This document shows positions 39,692 to 49,593 of a DNA stretch of 64,000 bases, in pieces. This stretch comes from Candidatus Heimdallarchaeota archaeon. GTDB taxonomy: Archaea > Asgardarchaeota > Heimdallarchaeia > Hodarchaeales > Hodarchaeaceae. The stretch is from NCBI GenBank assembly GCA_020353515.1, contig CP070695.1, positions 4,529,414 through 4,593,413 of the forward strand, given 5' to 3'. The stretch's first letter is position 1; each line of letters starts with the position of its first letter. The translations under genes were made by a program, and so were the position numbers. The notes below the pieces were generated by a model. It did no database searches. It saw nothing but the letters and a program-made list of their open reading frames with translations, and had not been told where the DNA came from.

Positions 39692-42600
39692 TTATTGTAT
39701 TAGAAGCTGACCTCCACAGAATGTACAGCCCTCCCGAGTAATTTCCAAAGGATTTACTAGAGCACCACATTCAGAACAAACCGTGAGTTCTTCATTTGGG
39801 GTATTTATTTCCAGAGTATTAACTTCTAATTGGCCATTTCCATTAGTGAATATTTCATTTGTCTCCAATTCTTGGAGTTCATCTTCAGAGATAATGGGAG
39901 TCTTCTCTAGCGGTTCTGTATCTTTTGATTTTAATGGTAGTATTTTAATAGGTTTGATTGATGGTTTATCTTGAAGAAGAATATCTAAACCCTGAGGCGT
40001 TACTTTTCTCCTTACAGGACTTTTTTGACTGATTTGCTTTTTAAATTTCACTCTAGGTTTCTTAACTTTTCTCTTAGTTCTTACATGCCTTTTTGGTTTC
40101 TTCTGATAATCTATTTTTTGTTCCTGACCTTGAGTTGTTGGTAGTTCACTTAAATCCAATTCGATGTTCGTCGTTTCAACTAATTGTTGAGCAGTTTTAG
40201 GATATTTTATCATCCTATCATAAATTCGACCGGGGCCAAAAATATCTTCTGTGTACTGCTTCATATCTATCAGTTTCATTAAATCCTCTTTCGTCGACAA
40301 CTCTCCAAGCATAAAACTAAGTGTGGCTATTGCATGCTTTACTAAAACTTCTTTTATCTTCTTAAATTCAAAATCAAACAGTTGATGAGGGATAACATGA
40401 TTTCCCTTGATATTCAACATTTGAACTCGTGTTCCAGGATCTACAGAATAACCGAGGTCTTTCAAAATATAGGCTGCTGAAACTTGAGGTAATTTTGATT
40501 TGTAAGCTCTCAACGGTTTATTGATCGCCTTGGGTTTAACAAAGTAGCTAGGATCCATTTTGCCCTCTGTCATTTCTGATCGAATCAGATTCGCTTGTCT
40601 ATCAGCATTTTCATATAATTGATTTAATGTAATAGGACTTTCGGGATTATAATGTTCTAAGTATGTGTTAATAATCCTTTCTTGAAAATATTTTTGCAGC
40701 TTTGAAAAATCTGCTCGTTTTGATTCCAGTCCTGTTAATTCCTTCTCAATCCAGGTATGGTTTTCTTGGTTGTAACTATAGACAATGTATTTCTTCTTTC
40801 CCATCATGAATTGGAAATCATAAGGCCCATCTTGCTCAAATTGGATAAGGCTTTTACTTGTTCGTTTAATTTTTTCAATTTCTCCGTTATTTATCCAATA
40901 ATTATCATTTCTTGAGAAAGCTGCAACACGATCATTGAGAATTTTATCAATAAGACTTATTTTGTAGACCTTTGATCCATTTCTGTTATGAGAATTTTCA
41001 ATTGTGACTGGAAAGTCTAAAGGAAATAATTTTGGTACCCAAAGCCATACTCCATCAGTATCTAACTCTACAACCAGTCCAATTTGTTCTAGTTGGTTCG
41101 CTGCCCAAAATATTAAATCAGCTGATAATTTCGTCGTAATGCCAGCACAGGGCATACTTGCATTCCTCACGCCTCCTTTCATACCTAGAAGGCCATAAAT
41201 ACTATTTAAAGGAACTTTCATACCAATTTGGGTACTTTCGTGGAATTTTTGTTGTCGTAGCAACCTTTGAGGGACTGGTTGATTATGATATTTCTGTGTA
41301 ATGATTTGTGAGAGTCTTTTAGCCTCAATCTTATGTCTAACCCGGGTATTGAAGAAATCGTCCATAATCCTTGCGACAAAATTGTAAGCTTTTTGACAAA
41401 CACGTGATCGAACAGACAGTAATATTGTTATTTTCTTAGTTCTTACATCCAAACTCAAAAATGAATTGTCTGGGAGCTGAATGTTCTCTGAAATATCTTC
41501 AAAGATGTCAAAATGATTTGTATTCAGCTTTGTTGTAAGTGTTGTCGCTTCAATTGCGTTGCGGAGCCATTGTTGAAGAGCTACAAACGGATCTTTCGAG
41601 ATATTTGATCCAAGATATGTGTGATTAACAGATACCTTTTCTAATTGTGATCCATTTTTGAGGATATAGGCTTCAGTCTTCTTCCCATCAAAGGTGAATA
41701 TTTCTCGAGACCGAGTGATACCATTTTGAATTGGTACATATTTTTTGCATTTTGCTTCATCCTGGGCTTTACAAACTGCACATTTAGCAGACCTAGTATC
41801 TTTAAAACGGCATGGTCGGTTTGCTGAAAGTTTAATAACCCAATCACCTTCAAAGAAACAACTGTTATCAGGTTCAACGAATTCACATACACGACACTTT
41901 GATATGGAAACTATACCTGATGGTTGAAGCTTGTATTGACGAATTTGAGATGGATACATTGATGTTACATCAACATGAACCCCTTTAAGTTGGGTCTTTC
42001 CATTTAAAGAAGATAGTTGGTCTATTTGAGCTAACACATCTTCAGCGACTTTTTCAACATTTATGGGATGATAGCTGGAGATTTCCTCTAAGATATCTCG
42101 GATAGAATTCAGTTGTCGAGTTAGTTCTTGATGTGGGGTTCCATTTTTTAAGAGCTCAACCTCTATTTCCTTTAAGAATCGTACTGGATCCTCTGAGTAT
42201 TCCACTTTCACTTCCCCCAATTCAGCTAATAGTCGTTTCTCAAATTCTTCTTTTATTACTTCTTTAGTTATTCTATTACTTTCTTTTACAATTACACCTT
42301 CAATGGTCTTTTTTAAGTTATCTAATACATCCTTGTTTACGGAATAATCGTAATAAAGATCACTTCGCCATATCCCTGGTCTTTTAGCCTCAACTAATCC
42401 CCCTGTGTAAGCTAATGACTCGATGACGACGCTAGGAGAAAAAGATGCTATATCGTTCTGTCCTATTCTCCTTCTTCCGATTATTTGATGTTTAAAATCC
42501 TCCGCATCAATTAAAAGGTCATCTAATGAACCTGCTCGTCGTGTTAATAATTCTGAAGCTGTAACTGGAAATATCTGGCCCATTGAAATGAAAAAATCAA

Positions 42601-43990
42601 GAACTATTTCTCGAACATATTTCCAAGTGATATACCCATCACAGCCTGCATAAGCAACGGCTGAGACTGGATCTTTTTTGATATTTAAGAGGATTTCTCT
42701 CCCTAAAGGTATTATTTTTAGCTTTTTCTCAACACTTGGTTTTAATCCAAGATCCTTTTTGGGTAGATAGCTATATTTTTCATTAAACAGGTATGCATCC
42801 AAATGGATAATTCCAGCACTAGTAACATGATCAATATTTGCTGATGAATAATATTTGTGTAAATCCTTTCTACTCAAGTTTCTTCCTTGACGAAATTTGA
42901 TTTCGAAACCTGTTTCTTTTTCTAAAGAAATTTTATACTTTTCTGAACGAATGGCGAGAAATGGGATATCAAAACGGCCCCCAAAGAAGTCTGTAAAAAC
43001 ATCTGGACGATAATCATCAACAGTTTGATAGAAGATTCGGATTAATTCTTTTTCAGTTGATACAATAATCACTTCTAACAGATACTTCTCGATTACATCT
43101 GTAAATTCCTGTACTGCTTCGGAGAAGACCCAATCAACCCAAGGTTTAGAATGATGTTCATCCTTTTGACGAAGGAGCATATAAAGATGTTTTTTTAGAT
43201 CTTTGGTATCAACTACTTTTGAATTAACAAGTAATTTGTTTTCGATTCCTGTAAACATTGATATCATTGATATTTGATCTTTATTAGGATTAGGATCACG
43301 TGTTTGCTCAAAATCGGTTTCAATATCAAATGCTAATATTTTTAAATGAGGAGGGGTTTTATTAGCTAATGGAGAAAGGTTTAGGATTTCTCCCCTGCTG
43401 ATTTCAGCAAGAAACCAGGCTCCAACTCGAACATCATGATCTATTGCACAACGATGATGAAATAACACATCAGCTTCACGCCATTCTTTTACTCCAGATA
43501 TTTCCTCGGTTTTTGTTCGGAGATTTGGAACTGATCCAGGACGATCCACGGTTACTTTAAGAAAACGATTTTTAACTAAAAAAGTCAGATTAGCTGCGTC
43601 ATAGTAATCACCACTCTCCACTCTAATTATCTGTTGGTCTCCAATCTCTCTGATTTGAGTCATTATACGATTGAGTTCTTCCTGTGACAATCCATCCTCA
43701 AGCAACAAGAAAAAGTAAGGTTCATGTCTTAAGAAAGCTTTTCTCTTCTGATGATCTTCATCTAGAAAATAAATTTGAATCCCATTAATTAGTTGCGATT
43801 TATTAAACTTTCTATTTTCGTACTGAGGATTGGTTTCATAAGTATCCTCCCATTGACTATGTGTTTCATAATCTAAAATGAAAATAGGTATTCTTTCACG
43901 TTCATTGTAACGAAATGGTTGGAACCATGATCTGTAGCCTGCATGAAAAGACCGTGATCGCGGTGTTTTTGACATAATACGTACCAGCAA
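39692..43990 (-). CDS. Family B DNA polymerase, eukaryotic Pol epsilon catalytic-module-like
   Basis: AFDIET (ExoI), FGGRFDIPF, YTGGLVEA..GIWRSD, HVDVTSMYP, LQPS..C..C, K..LNSIYG, ELDTDG, FEQDGPY, KKKY, ELTGLESKR; C-terminal C4 zinc finger. Confidence 0.93.
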   Translation of the reverse strand: MLVRIMSKTPRSRSFHAGYRSWFQPFRYNERERIPIFILDYETHSQWEDTYETNPQYENRKFNKSQLINGIQIYFLDEDHQKRKAFLRHEPYFFLLLEDGLSQEELNRIMTQIREIGDQQIIRVESGDYYDAANLTFLVKNRFLKVTVDRPGSVPNLRTKTEEISGVKEWREADVLFHHRCAIDHDVRVGAWFLAEISRGEILNLSPLANKTPPHLKILAFDIETDFEQTRDPNPNKDQISMISMFTGIENKLLVNSKVVDTKDLKKHLYMLLRQKDEHHSKPWVDWVFSEAVQEFTDVIEKYLLEVIIVSTEKELIRIFYQTVDDYRPDVFTDFFGGRFDIPFLAIRSEKYKISLEKETGFEIKFRQGRNLSRKDLHKYYSSANIDHVTSAGIIHLDAYLFNEKYSYLPKKDLGLKPSVEKKLKIIPLGREILLNIKKDPVSAVAYAGCDGYITWKYVREIVLDFFISMGQIFPVTASELLTRRAGSLDDLLIDAEDFKHQIIGRRRIGQNDIASFSPSVVIESLAYTGGLVEAKRPGIWRSDLYYDYSVNKDVLDNLKKTIEGVIVKESNRITKEVIKEEFEKRLLAELGEVKVEYSEDPVRFLKEIEVELLKNGTPHQELTRQLNSIRDILEEISSYHPINVEKVAEDVLAQIDQLSSLNGKTQLKGVHVDVTSMYPSQIRQYKLQPSGIVSISKCRVCEFVEPDNSCFFEGDWVIKLSANRPCRFKDTRSAKCAVCKAQDEAKCKKYVPIQNGITRSREIFTFDGKKTEAYILKNGSQLEKVSVNHTYLGSNISKDPFVALQQWLRNAIEATTLTTKLNTNHFDIFEDISENIQLPDNSFLSLDVRTKKITILLSVRSRVCQKAYNFVARIMDDFFNTRVRHKIEAKRLSQIITQKYHNQPVPQRLLRQQKFHESTQIGMKVPLNSIYGLLGMKGGVRNASMPCAGITTKLSADLIFWAANQLEQIGLVVELDTDGVWLWVPKLFPLDFPVTIENSHNRNGSKVYKISLIDKILNDRVAAFSRNDNYWINNGEIEKIKRTSKSLIQFEQDGPYDFQFMMGKKKYIVYSYNQENHTWIEKELTGLESKRADFSKLQKYFQERIINTYLEHYNPESPITLNQLYENADRQANLIRSEMTEGKMDPSYFVKPKAINKPLRAYKSKLPQVSAAYILKDLGYSVDPGTRVQMLNIKGNHVIPHQLFDFEFKKIKEVLVKHAIATLSFMLGELSTKEDLMKLIDMKQYTEDIFGPGRIYDRMIKYPKTAQQLVETTNIELDLSELPTTQGQEQKIDYQKKPKRHVRTKRKVKKPRVKFKKQISQKSPVRRKVTPQGLDILLQDKPSIKPIKILPLKSKDTEPLEKTPIISEDELQELETNEIFTNGNGQLEVNTLEINTPNEELTVCSECGALVNPLEITREGCTFCGGQLLIQ

Positions 43991-44367
43991 CGAATAAAAT
44001 GGAAAGGGATAATGTAGCTACAAACTTATGAGGGGAGCTTTCAGGCGTTGATTCATCTTCTTTTAGACTCTTCGTAATCAGACGACGATGTTATCCTCTT
44101 TGCGCTTCTAAAATAAGAGATCAACAAATTCGGAAAAAACCCCTCTAATGAATCAAGTGTTATAATCTGACTTATCTCGATTTAAAAAGGTTCATGATAC
44201 CTCTTGGCTTTTATAAGGAAGATATATCTATGTAAAGTGCCTTTATAAACTATGATTTTAATTTTCTTCTTCATTCCTTCAACAGGTTTAGAAACTAACA
44301 AAAAACGAAAATAAATGATTATAGTCGGAATTTTTTGCATTAACAAAGTATTAACATAGGTGACATT

Positions 44368-46737
44368 GTGATTCAACCTAAAATTCCTTTGAAGTATAAT
44401 TCAAGTCATTTGACTCTATTCTTTACTAAAATCATAGACAAATTGGCCTCAGAAATCCCTTCACAGCTTGATGTTCCTAATCTGTTTGTTAACATATTTG
44501 GATCCCCTTCTTTTGACCAGAAAGAGGAAGGCAAGGTTGTAAAGATTAGCGCTGCATACTTATTGGTTACTCAGATTATTTTTTATCAAATCCTAAGTCT
44601 TAAACAAACAGATCTTCTTAAATTGGACATTGATTCTCTTAATCCTGATGTATTAACTGGTTGTTTTGAAAAAGCTTTAAGGATTACTAAAAATCCTGTT
44701 TTCAAACATAATATTGTAAAAAAACTAGATAATGGTACTTTCAGTATAATAAAGGGCTCTATAATAGATATAATTGAGTTAAAACCTGAATTGCTTCAAT
44801 ACGAGGTTTTAGCTTTAATTTTTAATTCATTAATCCCTAATTCCCTTCGAAAGAGGATTGGTGCATTTTATTCAGGATTTAAGACTGCTAAACTCTTAAG
44901 TCATTTTGCTATAAAAAAAGATTCGGTAACGATTTTCGATCCTGCCTGTGGTAGTGGAGCATTATTAGCCTCCTCTTACCAACGTAAAAAAGAATTAATA
45001 AAATTAAAGAAAGGTAAATTCACTGACGCAGATCATAGACGCTTTCTTTCTTCAGATATCACTGGAACAGATATCATGCCCTTTGCAATTCATCTTACTG
45101 CAATTCATCTTACCCTGCAAGCTCCATTTTGTGATGTTCAACAATATAAGTTGGCTATCCAAGACTCAATTTTATTAAATCCCACATCTAAACAACTGGA
45201 TCTAGATTTTATCGATCTTGTGATCATGAATCCTCCTTTTGTTAGACAGGAAAGTATGAGAAAAATCAGATCTTCATACAAAGAGGAAATATACCAAAAT
45301 TTTAAAGAATATTCACCACTTATCAACAAGAAAATGGGTTATTACTGTTATTTCCTTTTCCTTGCGGATAAATTTCTTAAATCAGGAGGAAAAATCGCAA
45401 CAGTCATTCCTGCAAGTTTTTTAAGGATTGATACAACGTTTAAAGTGAGGAAATGGTTACTGGAACAGTATGATATTCAGTATATTATCTGTCAGCAAGA
45501 TAAACCTAATTTTTCCGAAGATACTGCTTTTCGAGAAGTATTATTGATAGCTACGAAAAATGGTCCAACATCCGAGATAGAATATATTATTGTTAAAGAT
45601 CTTGAAACAACTGAATCTTTTGACAAATTTCCTGATTCTTGGAAAAGAAAAAAGGTGTTGTGTGATGATTTTTCCTCTACTAATCTCTTTCTACCTATAG
45701 CCACGATGAACAAATCTAATCTTCTTAAGATGTGGCAATTAATCTCAAACAGGAAAGATTTGATCTTGATTCATTCTTTTCAACGATCAATGAACTCTCA
45801 TCTCAAACGAGGTATTGAAACCACGGGAGGATTTAAGATCCAAAATCTGGTTATAAATGAAGGTAGATCCAGATACCTTCGTCCAACAGATATCTGGATC
45901 CACGACAACGAAACACCTAATCATGTGAATAGTCTCAATCGAAACTCTAACCTTCAAATTAGAATTCCTAAAGAGTGTCTTATTCCTCATTTACGTCGAA
46001 TGTCGGGCGAAACCAGGTTAGATGTCAGTAATAAGAAAGAATATGTAATTATTTCTCCATTTTCGCAATTAAGAGATTTTATTGACTTGAATGAGGATAA
46101 AACGAATATTCCAAGATTTAAAAAATGGAGAACCTACGTTGAAGAACGTACAACCAATCTTATGCTTGCACGACGTTTTGATATCTGTGCTTCAGGAACT
46201 TCTCTATTCTCTTTTTTCAGTAAGGACAAAAGAGCTCCACCTGGGGTTATGTGGAGTATTTTAAATTTACCCCCCGATGATGCTAAAATCATATGCTTAT
46301 TTTTTAATAGTACACTTAATATTCTTCAGATTTTTCTCAATAGGGTTGAAACTCGGGGAGCTTGGATGCAACTCCATGAATATGTTATCGAAGACCTAAA
46401 AGTCCCAAATATACGCAATTGGACTATTGAAGATAGGATCCCATTTTATGAATTATTTGATGAAATTAAGGATGAGGAGTTTCCTCCATTATGGCAGCAA
46501 CTTGCAATGAATGTCACAATTTCAGAAATAGAAAAGGAAGATTTATGTTTACTAGAAAAGCAATTCCCAAAATTAGCCCAAGTTGTTGGGAAACAGCATA
46601 GGTCCCGAAAGAAATTAGACACTCTTATCTTGGATAAATTAGGAATAAAAATGGAGATTAAAAAGGAATCTTTCTTACAAGAAATATATCTAAATCTTTT
46701 ATTAGAAATGGCTTTGTTGAAAAAACTGATGAATTAA
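44368..46737 (+). CDS. Gamma-class amino (N6A/N4C) DNA methyltransferase with a C-terminal specificity region and no nuclease domain
   Basis: GAFYS (motif X), DPACGSG (motif I), MNPPF (motif IV). Confidence 0.88.
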   Translation: MIQPKIPLKYNSSHLTLFFTKIIDKLASEIPSQLDVPNLFVNIFGSPSFDQKEEGKVVKISAAYLLVTQIIFYQILSLKQTDLLKLDIDSLNPDVLTGCFEKALRITKNPVFKHNIVKKLDNGTFSIIKGSIIDIIELKPELLQYEVLALIFNSLIPNSLRKRIGAFYSGFKTAKLLSHFAIKKDSVTIFDPACGSGALLASSYQRKKELIKLKKGKFTDADHRRFLSSDITGTDIMPFAIHLTAIHLTLQAPFCDVQQYKLAIQDSILLNPTSKQLDLDFIDLVIMNPPFVRQESMRKIRSSYKEEIYQNFKEYSPLINKKMGYYCYFLFLADKFLKSGGKIATVIPASFLRIDTTFKVRKWLLEQYDIQYIICQQDKPNFSEDTAFREVLLIATKNGPTSEIEYIIVKDLETTESFDKFPDSWKRKKVLCDDFSSTNLFLPIATMNKSNLLKMWQLISNRKDLILIHSFQRSMNSHLKRGIETTGGFKIQNLVINEGRSRYLRPTDIWIHDNETPNHVNSLNRNSNLQIRIPKECLIPHLRRMSGETRLDVSNKKEYVIISPFSQLRDFIDLNEDKTNIPRFKKWRTYVEERTTNLMLARRFDICASGTSLFSFFSKDKRAPPGVMWSILNLPPDDAKIICLFFNSTLNILQIFLNRVETRGAWMQLHEYVIEDLKVPNIRNWTIEDRIPFYELFDEIKDEEFPPLWQQLAMNVTISEIEKEDLCLLEKQFPKLAQVVGKQHRSRKKLDTLILDKLGIKMEIKKESFLQEIYLNLLLEMALLKKLMN

Positions 46738-46907
46738 CTTTGTCCTATAAGTAGAAGAATTCATCTAATAGAATTAAAGAGAGTTTATGGGTGATTTATT
46801 GATAATATAAATAAAAATAATGAAATTCTTCCTACTTATTCGTAACTTTTATTAACTATTTATCTAATTTTCAAGAGGAACAGACAGAATAGGAGTCTCT
46901 TAATGAA

Positions 46908-47180
46908 ATGAGCTTTTGGGGTCGTCAGCTAGAAAAACATCGGACAGAAGTAATCGGAGCATTGGCTGCTCTTGTTCTTATATCTGCTGGATTAATTGTC
47001 CCTCTCTATATCCCCGATCAGTTACCTGAAGATCAAGCTCCTCCTGGATTTGAAGATACTACTTGGATTAAAAATCTTATTTCACTTCTTCTAATCGGAA
47101 TGGGTATTCTATGCTTTGCATGGCTATTTGTTATTCACCGATATATTATGCGAAAAAGTAAGAAAGATTATATGTATTGA
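46908..47180 (+). CDS. Small two-TM membrane protein
   Basis: AGGAG RBS, two hydrophobic helices and a basic tail. Confidence 0.75.
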   Translation: MSFWGRQLEKHRTEVIGALAALVLISAGLIVPLYIPDQLPEDQAPPGFEDTTWIKNLISLLLIGMGILCFAWLFVIHRYIMRKSKKDYMY

Positions 47181-47275
47181 AACTATTTAATTTAACGAGT
47201 TAATTTTGACTTTTCTCAAAAGCAAATAAATAAGAAGTTCCTTTTCTATTTCCTTCCTAACAATTTTGAGGTAGA

Positions 47276-47677
47276 ATGATGCCGAAGCAGAAAGAGCCTG
47301 TTATTGTTTCTTCTAATGTGTGGGAAGTTCTTCTTGAAATCGAAGCTCTAAGGATGAAAGAGAGAAAATTAATTCGGAACCTCTGGTACGAATTGAAAGA
47401 ACAAGAACACCGGAAAATTCACCAAATGGTGTTTGAACAAGCTCTACAATCAAATTCTGCATTTCCTACTGTTTCTAAAAAAGAATTAAATGATTGGGTT
47501 TCTGAAAACATCACTACAGTCTTTATAACACTCATTGAACAAGGAGATATTATTGTTCAAGAGGAGGAACCAAGTAAGCCTCGCAAATGGTTGTCTCTAA
47601 GTGTGGAGAAAATTAAAAAGAAAGTTACTGAAACTCGTGAAAGAAGGTCACAAGAAGAAGAACAATCTTCGAATTAA
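47276..47677 (+). CDS. Hypothetical helical protein
   Basis: GAGG RBS; charged helical composition. Confidence 0.7.
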   Translation: MMPKQKEPVIVSSNVWEVLLEIEALRMKERKLIRNLWYELKEQEHRKIHQMVFEQALQSNSAFPTVSKKELNDWVSENITTVFITLIEQGDIIVQEEEPSKPRKWLSLSVEKIKKKVTETRERRSQEEEQSSN

Positions 47678-49587
47678 CTGAATTGTTTCCTAATTAAGCT
47701 TATTTCTTCTTCTTTTAGATCAAATAGTGTGTAAAAAAGTAGATCGAGTTCTTCCTCAGTCTGGTTTATCTCTTCTTTTAACAAATCATTGAGCGATGTC
47801 TTAAGCTTTGTCTTTTGAATTGAGGCCAACTGTTTATTTAAATCTAATAATCTATCAACTTTCTGTACAACAACTTCAACATTTTCAGTTGCTATAAATG
47901 GTAAATCTTCAATTTGTCTTGGATAATATTCATAGACAGCCCCCAACCTTTTCCCTTTAATCTTAAAGTAGAATTCACACAATTTTGAATTTAAATATCC
48001 TAATAAATAACATATATCAATTTCTTCTGTGGGGATGATTAAAACAATATCTTGAGAAAAATAACACCCTTTATTATCTATTGTGAAATTATTATGAACT
48101 GATTTATACGGTGTGATGATTTTTGGTTTTTTCCAGTCAATTGTAAATCTCTCATCCCCTTTTCTCCAATGAAACCACGTACTTACTCTTGCCCGATTCA
48201 TTACTTCTTCTTTATGTTTTAGGAAATACTTTTCTAAATTCGGAAAATTTGAAAGCTCTTTGATTGTTTTTCTATTTGACATTATAACATAAAGTTGAGG
48301 ATCTATTGAGCCAAAACGACTGATCTGACTATTTTTCAACCAATCTCTAAGGTTTTCTTTCTCAATTGAATATTTCTCTACTTCTCCTTTTGTTATAATA
48401 AAAACAGAGTCTTTACCTGTCTGAATACCTTTGCTTATTAGCGAATAATCTTTTAATTTGCCAGTAGATTTATATTCAATTTTATCCAAGAGAGCCTGAA
48501 TTTTTGTGTCAATAAAATACCACTTTTTCCCAGTTAACAGATTTTGTTTAACACAATACCTCTTGAAAAAGGGTGGTTCTAATTTCAGAGGAGGTTTGAA
48601 TTTTTTGCTTAGCTTATAGACAATAATCTTGTTTTTCTTCCTAGTTTTTTGAAAAGAGTAAATTGCTGTATCAATGTTAGCATCCTTAAATATTTTAAAA
48701 TCAGAGAAATCAATTATCTTCTGAATAGCAGTCTCTTTTAAGATATACTCTCTCAATTTCCTCGCTTTAAAAGCTTCCATTAAATATCTTGGAGAAATAA
48801 ATGTAATATAGCCATTTTTATTACTTAATTCGATTGCTTTCTGGAAGAAATAATAATAAATATCGTTCTTCCCTGTATAAACCTCACTATATCTCTTTTT
48901 GTAATATCTCCTCCTTTCTAAGTCTTCAATAATATTAATATAGGGGGGATTTCCTATAATAATGTCGAATCCTCCTTTATTCAAGATATCTTTGAAATTT
49001 TGTGACCAAATAAAGGCTTTATCACCTCTCAAATTTTCATCTTCAATTAAACTATCACCACATTTAATATTTTGTGATAAATCCATACTTTTTCTATCTT
49101 TTCTAGCAATCTTTGAATAGAGACTGAATTTCGTTTTTTCTATAGAGGATTCATTAATATCTACTCCATAGATGTTATTTTCGATTATTTTTCTAGATTG
49201 TTCATCGTCTACCCTTTTATCAAGATTGAATCTGATATGCTTCCTAGTTGTAAGCTTTTTACCCTTGATTTTCTCATAGTGAACTCCTAGATCTTTTACT
49301 AACCTTATTTCTTTAGCAATTTCGAACAGTAAATCGACTGCCTTAATTAGAAAGACTCCGTATCCACAGGCTGGATCTAATATCTTGATATGTTTTAATT
49401 TACTCTCAAGTTTTCCAATATCTTCAATATTTTCTAAGATTAGATCGTTAAGATTTGCTACACCTCCCTTTGAAAGATAGGGAATGATAGTATTCTTGCA
49501 AATGAAATCTGCGATGTAATTAGGTGTATAAAATACTCCCTCTTCTTTCCGCCTTTTTATTTCATCGTTGTCATAAACTACTCTCAT
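47674..49587 (-). CDS. Eco57I/TaqI-like N6-adenine DNA methyltransferase with a TaqI-C-type TRD
   Basis: RKEEGVFYTP, DPACGYG, GVDIN, GGFDIIIGNPPY, YLLGYLNSK. Confidence 0.9.
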   Translation of the reverse strand: MRVVYDNDEIKRRKEEGVFYTPNYIADFICKNTIIPYLSKGGVANLNDLILENIEDIGKLESKLKHIKILDPACGYGVFLIKAVDLLFEIAKEIRLVKDLGVHYEKIKGKKLTTRKHIRFNLDKRVDDEQSRKIIENNIYGVDINESSIEKTKFSLYSKIARKDRKSMDLSQNIKCGDSLIEDENLRGDKAFIWSQNFKDILNKGGFDIIIGNPPYINIIEDLERRRYYKKRYSEVYTGKNDIYYYFFQKAIELSNKNGYITFISPRYLMEAFKARKLREYILKETAIQKIIDFSDFKIFKDANIDTAIYSFQKTRKKNKIIVYKLSKKFKPPLKLEPPFFKRYCVKQNLLTGKKWYFIDTKIQALLDKIEYKSTGKLKDYSLISKGIQTGKDSVFIITKGEVEKYSIEKENLRDWLKNSQISRFGSIDPQLYVIMSNRKTIKELSNFPNLEKYFLKHKEEVMNRARVSTWFHWRKGDERFTIDWKKPKIITPYKSVHNNFTIDNKGCYFSQDIVLIIPTEEIDICYLLGYLNSKLCEFYFKIKGKRLGAVYEYYPRQIEDLPFIATENVEVVVQKVDRLLDLNKQLASIQKTKLKTSLNDLLKEEINQTEEELDLLFYTLFDLKEEEISLIRKQFS

Positions 49588-49593
49588 CTTTTG

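Noticed and set aside
39692-43990. Intein in the 1432-aa polymerase
   Set aside because: No intein splice motifs or LAGLIDADG blocks; the length is explained by epsilon-type insertions and the C-terminal linker.
44182-44376. 64-aa minus-strand ORF upstream of Pol epsilon
   Set aside because: Low-complexity AT-rich translation overlapping the MTase start; probably promoter DNA.
45084-45113. 15-nt tandem duplication TGCAATTCATCTTAC x2 (AIHLT AIHLT)
   Set aside because: In frame, only two copies, within an ordinary MTase helix; no evidence of function.
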